From the NCBI GenBank assembly GCA_035534915.1, contig DATLQZ010000111.1, positions 90,446-154,445 of the forward strand: a stretch of 64,000 bases of DNA. The letters run 5' to 3'. Of the stretch, positions 10,623 through 18,348 are shown in pieces. The notes beneath the pieces were generated by a model that saw only the letters and a program-made list of their open reading frames with translations, searched no databases and had not been told where the DNA came from. The first letter of the stretch is position 1. Each line of letters starts with the position of its first letter. Source of the DNA: Candidatus Dormiibacterota bacterium. GTDB taxonomy: Bacteria; Chloroflexota; Dormibacteria; Aeolococcales; Bog-877. The position numbers were made by a program, and so were the translations under genes.

Positions 10623-11170
10623 ATGGCAGGAGCGACGAGACGGAACTTCACCGCTGAGTTCAAGGCTGAGGCGGGGGTGGCCGCCCTGAGGGGCGCCAAG
10701 ACACTGGTCGAGATTGCCCAGACCTATGGGACCCATCCGACCAAGGTCACCCAGTGGAAGGGCTGGCTGGAGAAGGATGCGCCCCGTGTTCGAGAGCCCC
10801 GAGAGGAAGGCAGGGCCTCGAGTGGATGTGGATGCCCTGTATCGCAAGATCGGTCAGGTCGAGATGGAGAGGGATTTTTTAGCGTCGCGGCCAGGGATCA
10901 TCGCAGCTCTGCAGAGAGGAAGCCGATGATCCAGCGGAACTCCCCCAAGGTCTCGGTGGCCCAGCAATGTGGTCGCTTGGGGTAAGCCGCTCCAGTCTCT
11001 ACCTGAAGCCATCGGTGGCAGCCGACCCCCGGCTTCCCCTCGCCAGCGTCATTGACCGGATCTATTTGGAGCCCTCCTGCATGTGGTCGCGGCAGATGCC
11101 CCGAGCGCTGCTGGCACATGGGCTGGGTCTAGCGGCTCATGCAGCTGTGGACTTGCCCCACATGCGGTGA
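10623..11170 (+). mobile_element. decayed IS3-family insertion sequence remnant (orfA plus the 5' end of orfB; frameshifted; DDE catalytic domain absent)
   Basis: orfA-like HTH (RRNFTAEFKAEAGVAALRGAKTLVEIAQTYGTHPTKVTQWKGWL). The expected continuation ALYRKIGQVEMERDFLA is in another frame (10714..10929). The orfB N-terminus (SVAQQCGRLG / VSRSSLYLKP...VIDRIYLEP...SRQM) is split over two frames and ends near 11170. Confidence 0.7.
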
Positions 11171-11453
11171 CCTTGGGCGCAAAGTCCACATCCTGAACGG
11201 CTTCCTCAACTCCTGTCCGGCCTGTCAGACCAACGGGAGAGTCTTCGCTGACGGGCGTCTCTCCCGTCTCCTGGAGGTAGGGCTCAGCTGGGGGCGCGGG
11301 TCGGTGGGTGGCCGGTCGGAGTCCGGCAGGCAGCCGGATCCGCGATCACGGGGTCCCGGGGATCGCTCTGATCCGCAGATGCGTCACCGGGCCACCACAA
11401 GGTGGCCATCTGACTTGGGGCGTCGCCTCGGTGGGTACGGAGTAAATCTCTGA
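11139..11453 (+). CDS. hypothetical small protein with a DnaJ-type CxxCxGxG / CxxC zinc-ribbon N-terminus (tentative)
   Basis: MQLWTCPTCGDLGRKVHILNGFLNSCPACQTNGRVF. The 3' two-thirds of the ORF overlap the convergent methyltransferase and are Arg/Gly/Ser-rich. Confidence 0.2.
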   Translation: MQLWTCPTCGDLGRKVHILNGFLNSCPACQTNGRVFADGRLSRLLEVGLSWGRGSVGGRSESGRQPDPRSRGPGDRSDPQMRHRATTRWPSDLGRRLGGYGVNL

Positions 11454-12168
11454 GCTCCTCCTCGCGGCTCGGCCCAAGGCACAACCGCTTCCGGATCCAC
11501 GCGATGGCCTCTGGTTCCAATCCCGCTGCGAGCGGCCCGGGACCTGCCCATCTCTCGATGTGCACTTCCTGCCCAACTTGCTCCCGGATCACCTGCAAGG
11601 CATCCTCAGCGGTCGGTGACGTCGGCCGCTCAAGCTGCCAGAAGTACTTCCACAGCCAATTCAGCGACGCTTGCGGGTGATTCTCGGTCAACTCCATGAC
11701 CACGCGGCGCCGTGCCTTCTGGGTCAACGTCAACACGAACGTGTCGAGGGCAGAGATGTTGTAGGCGACGTTCGCGCAGACGACCACGTCCGCTGCGGCA
11801 ACCTGACTGGCGACTTCGGGCCAGTGCCCCTCAATCGTGGTCACTTTCACTCGTCGTCCCGCCAATTGCACAAGCTGCTGCAACATCGCCGGGCTCTGGT
11901 CCACAGCCACGAGCGACCTGGCTGTGGCTGCCACCGGGAGGCTGGCCGCGCCCCCGCCCGCTCCTACGTCCAGGAGTGCGCCGCCGAGGGGCAGCTGAGC
12001 ACCGACCCTGAGGTGAGTTGGGGTGAGGGAGGCGGAGAGAGAACGCTGGGCCGCGGCCGCAAACACCCAGGGGGGCAGATCCCAAGGTGACTCCGGCGCC
12101 TGCGCCAAAATCTCCTCCGGAATCGCCCAATCAGCCAGAGCCGAACTCCACCTCTCGGCGGCACGCAT
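11284..12168 (-). CDS. class I SAM-dependent methyltransferase
   Basis: SAM motif I LLDVGAGGGAASL, then an acidic post-I residue (VAVDQS) and a motif-II-like VVVCANVAYN. Confidence 0.8.
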   Translation of the reverse strand: MRAAERWSSALADWAIPEEILAQAPESPWDLPPWVFAAAAQRSLSASLTPTHLRVGAQLPLGGALLDVGAGGGAASLPVAATARSLVAVDQSPAMLQQLVQLAGRRVKVTTIEGHWPEVASQVAAADVVVCANVAYNISALDTFVLTLTQKARRRVVMELTENHPQASLNWLWKYFWQLERPTSPTAEDALQVIREQVGQEVHIERWAGPGPLAAGLEPEAIAWIRKRLCLGPSREEELRDLLRTHRGDAPSQMATLWWPGDASADQSDPRDPVIADPAACRTPTGHPPTRAPS

Positions 12169-12343
12169 CCTTCGATTGTCCGCCTCCTGACGCTGACGAT
12201 GTTGGCGGAGGGGATAGAAGCGGTCCCGGGAGCGTGGCCCTGGTTAGCGCGTCAAGTTCACGTAGGGGGACCGGGGAGGAGCCATGGCGACATCTCGAAG
12301 GGAAAAGCCGTTGCGCCAGCGAGGAGTGAGAACATCACCCCGA

Positions 12344-12988
12344 ATGGACGATGGCCCAGCGGCTCGCTCGCGACATCCCGTTTTTGCGAGGTGCTATTCG
12401 GCACTAGCCCCCCTGGGAGAGTTGGCCGGTGGAGCCTCCCTTCGTGCTGAGCTGCTGGCAGGGCTCTCTGGGGTGGTGGTCGAGGTCGGCGCAGGTAGTG
12501 GCCTGAACTTCGCCCACTACCCGAAGGGCGTGACGTCGGTGATAGCGGTGGAGCCGGAGCCGCACCTGAGACATGTGGCGGTGCGGGCCGCCGGAAGGGC
12601 TCCGGTCCCGATCTCCGTGCGAGACGCCAGAGCTGAGAGCCTCCCGCTGGCGGACGGGTCCGTCGAGGCCGGCGTCACCGCGCTCGTCCTTTGTTCGGTA
12701 GATGATCCCGGGTCGGCTCTGGGGGAGCTTCACCGGGTGATCAAAGTTGGAGGTGAGCTGCGCTTCTACGAACACATCCGTGGGGGCCGACTGGGTGGAG
12801 CGTTGCAAGACACAGTCGACCCAGCCTGGTCGCTGCTGGCAGGCGGTTGTCATCTGAACCGAGACACACAAGCTGAGATGGTCAACGCGGGATTTGTGAT
12901 CACCCAACTCCGGCGGGTACCGACCCGCCTCATCGGGGTTCGCCTACCCGGTCCGGCCGTCATCGTCGGACGTGCGCGGCGCTCCTGA
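12344..12988 (+). CDS. class I SAM-dependent methyltransferase (Methyltransf_11-like)
   Basis: VVEVGAGSGLNFAHYP, VIAVEPEPHL, LVLCSVDDP and GGELRFYEH. Start placed at the internal Met (MDDGP); the tracked ORF starts at 12284. Confidence 0.85.
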   Translation: MDDGPAARSRHPVFARCYSALAPLGELAGGASLRAELLAGLSGVVVEVGAGSGLNFAHYPKGVTSVIAVEPEPHLRHVAVRAAGRAPVPISVRDARAESLPLADGSVEAGVTALVLCSVDDPGSALGELHRVIKVGGELRFYEHIRGGRLGGALQDTVDPAWSLLAGGCHLNRDTQAEMVNAGFVITQLRRVPTRLIGVRLPGPAVIVGRARRS

Positions 12989-13108
12989 CCTCGGAACTAG
13001 GAGCTGCCACACGTGGCTACCCGATCTCACAGCTTCCGGATTGCGAGAAGGGATTCGAGAGCATCACTGGCTAGGGCATCCCCCTCGCCGTGGCGGTGAT
13101 GGTTCCAG

Positions 13109-13351
13109 CTAACCCATTCCCTCACGGGGACGCCCGTCCCCACATCCATCGAACGGGCTGCCCGATCTCTCCATTGTCAATGCGGCAACCCGAGCCGCCG
13201 AGAGCTCGAAGACCAAATCTCCGCTGGTCAGCACGGCGAATTGCGTCCCTTCCCCCTTGAGCTCCGATGAACCGCAGGCGCTGCCGCCGACTGTGGCTGG
13301 CCCGGTGCCCCTGTGGTCGCCACTGAACTCCTGCGCCAGATTCACGAACAT
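13109..13351 (-). CDS. TfoX-N/YjbR-like small protein, probably decayed (in-frame TAG codons on both sides)
   Basis: SSELKGEGTQFAVLTSGDLVFELSAARVAALTMERSGSPFDGCGDGRPREG resembles, from memory, the ...FGS..LKV.GKIFAML..G.LVVKLP..RV..L....G.PFD.G.GR.MKEW pattern of small actinobacterial proteins. The ORF lacks the usual C-terminal tail. Confidence 0.35.
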   Translation of the reverse strand: MFVNLAQEFSGDHRGTGPATVGGSACGSSELKGEGTQFAVLTSGDLVFELSAARVAALTMERSGSPFDGCGDGRPREGMG

Positions 13352-13648
13352 CGCGCCTGGCTCTACTTCAGGGTCGCTGGCGCTCCGTGTGGCCGTCCGG
13401 TTGCCGAACGGATCGTCCTAGGAGGCCGCCGCGTGGGTGAAGGGCATTACTGCTGGCTCCCAGTCGACCTTCCGCTCCGAGGGAGCGAATCCGCGGCCAG
13501 TCTGTCCGGTCGATCGGTCCCAACCAACAGACCTCGCGGCGGTATCGCCTTGGCTCGATGGCCCGAAGGTGTCGCGCTGCTGAAGCAACTAACCCTGCCT
13601 GCCAGCTAGATCAATACCCTGGACATGGGGCTGGAGGATAGGGGCGTT

Positions 13649-13687
13649 TCGGTGACCTAGGTCGGTGACCTAGGTCGGTGACCTAGG
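13649..13687. repeat. perfect 13-bp tandem repeat x3 (tcggtgacctagg)
   Basis: Read directly: tcggtgacctagg tcggtgacctagg tcggtgacctagg. Each unit contains the CCTAGG palindrome and GGTGACC (a GGTNACC-type palindrome). Intergenic, about 60 bp upstream of a small ORF. Confidence 0.9.
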
Positions 13688-13748
13688 GTAGAACGCGCAG
13701 ACTCGGCATCACTAACTGAACGAAGCAGGTCCGCATCCCCCGCCCGCC

Positions 13749-13934
13749 ATGACTGAGAGTATATTCTGGGCGATGCCTCGTCCTCACGACGGTCGGCACG
13801 TCGGGCGAAGGACCGCCAGGACGGTTCGTCGGGCTGGCTGCTGCGGCCTCGAGGCGCTCACCTGCTGCCTCTTCCTGGGAACCGCGGGCGTTGGGCTTAT
13901 CGCGCTCGTGGTGCGGATTGTGTTCTTCATGTAG
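13749..13934 (+). CDS. hypothetical 61-aa protein with a C-terminal transmembrane helix and CC..CC motifs (tentative)
   Basis: MTESIFWAM...RRAGCCGLEALTCCLFLGTAGVGLIALVVRIVFFM. GC3 looks coding-like, but there is no clear SD. Confidence 0.2.
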   Translation: MTESIFWAMPRPHDGRHVGRRTARTVRRAGCCGLEALTCCLFLGTAGVGLIALVVRIVFFM

Positions 13935-13970
13935 CAGCTGGCGTTACCGGATTGGTGGTTCGGGGGCTGG

Positions 13971-15134
13971 TCAGGGGTGGCCCGAGGATTGGATCCGGTA
14001 GATGACGCCGCTGCCCCAGTCCGCGACCAGCATGGCCCCCTCTGGGGCATTGACCACGCTGATCGGGTGCTGAAAGCCGGAGGCGAAGACGCTCACCTGG
14101 GAGATGGGGGCCGAGCCGTTCACTCCGAGTACCACCCGGACCACCACGTGGCCGGTGTCGCTGTAAGAGAAGTTGCTGCCCCACTCCGTGATGAAGAGGT
14201 TGCCGCGATAGGGCGAAGGATAGCTGGACCCCAGGTAGAACGCCATTCCGGCAGGAGCGGCGTGAGGTGCCAGATACGCCGCCGGCGGGGTCACACCTTG
14301 GCATTGGCCTTGAACTGCCAGCAGGCGTGCGTCGGGCCAGCAGCGGGGCCAGCCGTAGTCGGCCCCCGGCTTGATGGCGACCACCATGTCGGCGGGCTCA
14401 GGGTCGCTGGCGCTGCCCAGGTTGTCCTGTCCATTGACGTCGGCGTACAGCTGACCGGTGCTCGGTTGCACGGCGAGCCCGTAGGGGTTGCGCAGGCCGC
14501 TGGCATAGACCTCAAGACCGGTCCCGTTTGGGTTGAGCGAAAGGATCGCCGCACTCTCAGCGCTGGTTTCTGCACACACGTTGCAGGTCGCGCCGCTACC
14601 AAGGTAGAGCCTCCCATTCGGAGCCACCACGACGCTGTCCTGCTGGTGTTCACCATACGGGAGTCCCGATAGGATCGTGTCGCGAGCACCAGCAGCGCTG
14701 CCGGTCAGGGCGATGCTATCCAGCTGCCCCTGCGCCGAGACGAAGAGGGTCGACCCGAGCCACGCCAATCCCAGGGGGGATGGATAGCCAGCGGCGAATT
14801 GGACGGGAGAGTCAGACTTGGGAGTGACGGTCACGATCTCACCACCCTGCTCCGCTACATAGAGGCGTCCGTCTGGTCCGAATGCCATAGCGGTCGGGCT
14901 TTTGAGGCCCCGGGCGTACACCTGGGCGACAAAACCGGTCGGTACCTGGACGTTAGGGGCGGCAGGAAACTCTCCCAACGCCGGACTGCGGGATCCGGAT
15001 GATGTAGGGGAGGCACCAGTTGAAGGGGAGACGGTCGGATTCCGCTCAGTCTCTGGCGGCGAGGAGCAAGCGGCCAACGCTAAGGCCACCACCGCGAGGC
15101 TGGCTGCCCGAGTCATCGGATTGGCCATCCTCAT
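13971..15134 (-). CDS. PQQ-dependent sugar dehydrogenase (soluble glucose/sorbosone dehydrogenase family) lipoprotein
   Basis: Beta-propeller motifs PTAMAFGPDGRLYVAEQGGEI, NGRLYLGSG and HPISVVNAPEGAMLVADWGSGVIYRI. Lipobox LALAACSS. Start placed at the internal Met (tracked ORF extends to 15221). Confidence 0.85.
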   Translation of the reverse strand: MRMANPMTRAASLAVVALALAACSSPPETERNPTVSPSTGASPTSSGSRSPALGEFPAAPNVQVPTGFVAQVYARGLKSPTAMAFGPDGRLYVAEQGGEIVTVTPKSDSPVQFAAGYPSPLGLAWLGSTLFVSAQGQLDSIALTGSAAGARDTILSGLPYGEHQQDSVVVAPNGRLYLGSGATCNVCAETSAESAAILSLNPNGTGLEVYASGLRNPYGLAVQPSTGQLYADVNGQDNLGSASDPEPADMVVAIKPGADYGWPRCWPDARLLAVQGQCQGVTPPAAYLAPHAAPAGMAFYLGSSYPSPYRGNLFITEWGSNFSYSDTGHVVVRVVLGVNGSAPISQVSVFASGFQHPISVVNAPEGAMLVADWGSGVIYRIQSSGHP

Positions 15135-15635
15135 GGCGAGCTGTGCCAATACTGCTGTGTCATCTCTCCTTCTCGGGGCGCCTGTGGCCCTGCCCCAGCC
15201 CCATCCCGGACGCGCGGTCACAATGCCTCTTCTGCGATCTTTGAAACGCCTTCCCTTCGGCGGTGGTTACGACCTGAGGGCGTCGGTGGTGACGAGGGTG
15301 TCCGCCAGGTTGATTTCGACCACCCTGCTGCTGGGAGGGTGTGAGGTCTCCCCTTGGGTTTGGAGCACGGGAGTCCCGTGCCGCCAGCAGAATCACCTTG
15401 GTCGACCCGGTCCTGCAGTTGGCGCGAGGATTAGACGAGCCTGACGATCTTCTGTTCGCGGCTGGGGAAATCTATGTCGGCGAGGTCATTCCGAAGTCTT
15501 GCGCCACAGTGTGCTAACTCACCTTGACCTTGGCATCGGGCTCCTGCAGAGGATCACCGACATTGGTTACGCCAGCAGCCCCTAGGCGACAGCTGCCCGA
15601 GCCGGCGTCGAAATGACCGGGGGCATCGGTAGGGG

Positions 15636-15809
15636 TCAACCGATCCCCCCGGCTGCCCAATGTGGGGGGCCTGCGATCATTGCCGCGGTCGCCCCATTGG
15701 GAACGCCGCTGGTGAGGGCACCGAAGTCGAGCCAAGCCTCTAATCCGGCGCCGACCATCCCAAGCGCGGCCATCGCGCTGACCGCTACCGCTCGGCCTGG
15801 CAACTGCAT
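15636..15809 (-). CDS. unannotated 57-aa Gly/Ala-rich hydrophobic small ORF (tentative; below the 60-aa track cutoff)
   Basis: My translation: MQLPGRAVAVSAMAALGMVGAGLEAWLDFGALTSGVPNGATAAMIAGPPHWAAGGIG. ggagga lies 6 nt before the ATG. About 72% GC3 by hand count. Confidence 0.2.
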   Translation of the reverse strand: MQLPGRAVAVSAMAALGMVGAGLEAWLDFGALTSGVPNGATAAMIAGPPHWAAGGIG

Positions 15810-16005
15810 CAAGCTTCCTCCAAAGGGCGATGGGAGCGCCTTCCTCTCTCAATCGACCATTCGGGGCTGGAAAGAACTGTGAGCCAGCAATGGTTGTCAG
15901 GTTTCTCACGCCCAACCGGAATCCCCGTAGCGGGGCGCGCTCAGGTCGGCGATACTGGGGAGCGCCCGAAGGGGCGCGGCGGACTGGACCCACTGAGGAG
16001 GCGCT

Positions 16006-17028
16006 GTGAGCGGACTAGAAGTTGTCTCGTTGGCCCCGGATCCTGAGCGATATGCATGGACGTTCGGTGGGGCGGAGCCGGTAGCCAGGATTCGACCTGG
16101 GACCGTGATCCAGCTCTTCACTGAGGACTGCTTCGCGGGCAGAGTGCGTAGCGAGCGCGACCTGGTGTCGGAGGTCTGCGAGTTTCCATTCCTCAACCCC
16201 CAGACCGGCCCCTTCTACATTGAGGGAGCGGTGCCTGGAGACACGGTGGCCGTGCACTTCATCTCGATCGAGCCGGCCCGGGACTGGGCCGCCTCGACCA
16301 CGGTTCCGCTGTTTGGCGCCCTGAGCGCCACCCACTTCACTGCCCTGCTCCACGATCCGTTGCCGGAGGTGGTATGGATCTGGGAACTCGACCGGGTTGC
16401 GCGGAGCTGTCGTTTTCGCGCCCACTCCGGAGACTTCACCGTGGATCTCCCGATGGAACCGATGCACGGTACGGTAGGGGTTGCCCCGGCCAACCTCGAG
16501 GTGCGCTCGGCCCTGGTGCCGGACGCCTTTGGAGGAAATATGGACACCCCGGAGATGCGAGCGGGAGTCACCTGCTACCTCGGAGTGAACGTTCCCGGGG
16601 CGCTGCTTTCATTGGGGGACGGGCACGCTCGGCAGGGGGAGGGCGAGACCTGCGGGGTGGCGGTGGAAACGGCGATGAACACCGTGATCGCGGTTGAATT
16701 GCTTAAGGATCGGCCGTGCCCCTGGCCCCGCATCGAGTCCGAGAGCCATATCATCTCCACCGGGTCGGTGCGGCCATTGGAGGACGCCTTCCGAATCGCT
16801 CAGGCCGACCTGGTCCACTGGTTGGCCGAGGACTATGGCCTGGAGACTCTGGACGCGTATCAGCTGGTGACTCAGGCAGTCCTCAGCCCCTTGGCCAATG
16901 TCTGCGACACCAACTACACTTCGATTGCGAAATTTCCCAAGCGCTACCTTCCCCGCGGTGAGGCGATGGGCGGGGTAGACCAACACCTTCGGGAGATCTC
17001 GGCCGAATATCTAAGAATGCACGGGTAG
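16006..17028 (+). CDS. acetamidase/formamidase family protein
   Basis: FmdA/AmdA-type sequence (NPQTGPFYIEGAVPGDTVAVHFISIEP, GGNMDTPEM, GDGHARQGEGETCGVAVE). GTG start preceded by gaggagg. Confidence 0.9.
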   Translation: MSGLEVVSLAPDPERYAWTFGGAEPVARIRPGTVIQLFTEDCFAGRVRSERDLVSEVCEFPFLNPQTGPFYIEGAVPGDTVAVHFISIEPARDWAASTTVPLFGALSATHFTALLHDPLPEVVWIWELDRVARSCRFRAHSGDFTVDLPMEPMHGTVGVAPANLEVRSALVPDAFGGNMDTPEMRAGVTCYLGVNVPGALLSLGDGHARQGEGETCGVAVETAMNTVIAVELLKDRPCPWPRIESESHIISTGSVRPLEDAFRIAQADLVHWLAEDYGLETLDAYQLVTQAVLSPLANVCDTNYTSIAKFPKRYLPRGEAMGGVDQHLREISAEYLRMHG

Positions 17029-17116
17029 TGCGAACTTCGTGGGTTGTTGCAGCCCAACTGACCGTCCTTTCATACGGTCCGGGGTTTGGTGCGAGCGGTG
17101 AACAAGGAGTGGCGTA

Positions 17117-17860
17117 ATGAAGGGTGATCTGCGTGCGGAGACGATCTGGCTCGACGGTCACGGCGGGGACCGGATCGAGGCCTACCTGGCCGAGCCGTTG
17201 GACCAACGTCCCACCGGCGCCATGGTGGTGATCCACCATATGCCTGGATACGACGAAGGGACCAAGGAAATCACTAGAAAGTTCGCGGCTGAGGGTTACC
17301 TAGCCCTCTGTCCCAACCTATACACGAGGGAGGCTCCGGGAGCCAGCGCCGACGATGCGGCAGCCACAGCCAGGGCCCAAGGGGGCGTCCCCGACGAAAG
17401 GCTGGTCGGTGACGTCGGCGGGTGTGTCAAATTCTTGCGTGACCTGCCGCACTCAAATGGCAAGGTGGGTGTCATCGGGTATTGCTCCGGTGGACGCCAG
17501 TCCTTCCTGGCAGCGTGCAAACTTTCGCTTCAGGCTGCCATTGACTGCTACGGCGCCTTTGTAGTGGGGCAGCCCCCGGAGGGCTTCCCGCTCAAGGTCC
17601 GCCCGCTCTCAGATCTTGCAGACCAGCTCGCCTGCCCCCTGCTGGGCCTGTTCGGAGCGGAGGACCAGCATCCGAGCTCAGCCGAGGTCCAAGAGCTTGA
17701 CGACCTTCTGTCTGGGCATGGCAAATCGCATGAATTCCGGAGCTACCAGGGTGCGGGGCACGCCTTCTTTGCGGTCGACCGCCCGAGCTACCGTCCCGAG
17801 GCCGCCAAGGACGGCTGGTCCCGAATCTGGCAATTCCTCGCCGTGAACCTGGCTGCGTGA
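17117..17860 (+). CDS. dienelactone hydrolase family protein
   Basis: VVIHHMPGYDE, the nucleophile elbow GVIGYCSGGRQS, and the C-terminal GAGHAF. Confidence 0.9.
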   Translation: MKGDLRAETIWLDGHGGDRIEAYLAEPLDQRPTGAMVVIHHMPGYDEGTKEITRKFAAEGYLALCPNLYTREAPGASADDAAATARAQGGVPDERLVGDVGGCVKFLRDLPHSNGKVGVIGYCSGGRQSFLAACKLSLQAAIDCYGAFVVGQPPEGFPLKVRPLSDLADQLACPLLGLFGAEDQHPSSAEVQELDDLLSGHGKSHEFRSYQGAGHAFFAVDRPSYRPEAAKDGWSRIWQFLAVNLAA

Positions 17861-17870
17861 GGGGATCGAG

Positions 17871-18125
17871 ATGTGCACCTACCGTACGGAGCGAGTGATC
17901 GTGGAAGGTAGCGGCAAGGGGCCCGACGGTTGGTTCGAGCTGAAGTCAGCGACGGTGTACTTCGACCACCCAGTGAGTGCACCGATGGAGCACTCACTGA
18001 ACATCGACTTCATCAACCCGGGGATGGGGCCGTCCGCGCGGGTCGCCGTCGAGCTCGGCCGTGACTCCGCGCTCGCGCTCGCTCGCGCCATTAACCTTTT
18101 GGTCGGGGAGGCGCCGGTCTCCTAG
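17871..18125 (+). CDS. small conserved actinobacterial protein (DUF6295-like, assigned from memory)
   Basis: MCTYRTERVIVEGSGKGPDGWFELKSATVYFDHP...ARVAVEL. Lies 10 nt after the DLH stop. Confidence 0.55.
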   Translation: MCTYRTERVIVEGSGKGPDGWFELKSATVYFDHPVSAPMEHSLNIDFINPGMGPSARVAVELGRDSALALARAINLLVGEAPVS

Positions 18126-18348
18126 CGGCGGGGAGGGGGGATTGGATCGTCGGCTTTCCCGCATTTTGGGTATCCGTTCTGTCGTCAACGACTCCTTCGA
18201 GGGCAGCCGGGACTGAGAGACCTGACCGTACGGTGTCGGTCTCGATCAGTCGTCTGACAACCCGAACGAGCCACGGTGAGCCGATCATCTCGTGACTCCA
18301 TACTCGGGGGTCCATGGAGGGGATCAAAGTTTGTGACTCATCAACGAG

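Noticed and set aside
13106-13420. Idea that the in-frame TAG codons here, and in the DUF302 gene at ~48592, reflect TAG recoding or suppression.
   Set aside because: TAG is used as the ordinary stop of several intact genes in this window (7514-7516, 8311-8313, 10520-10522, 44869-44871). Pseudogenisation or sequencing error is the simpler explanation.
13649-13687. Tandem repeat considered as a CRISPR array or minisatellite array.
   Set aside because: There are only three contiguous 13-bp units with no spacers and no cas genes nearby.
18091-18327. 78-aa minus-strand ORF upstream of the MFS gene, considered as a possible small regulator.
   Set aside because: It overlaps the end of the DUF6295-like ORF, has no HTH pattern and has a Pro/Arg-rich tail.
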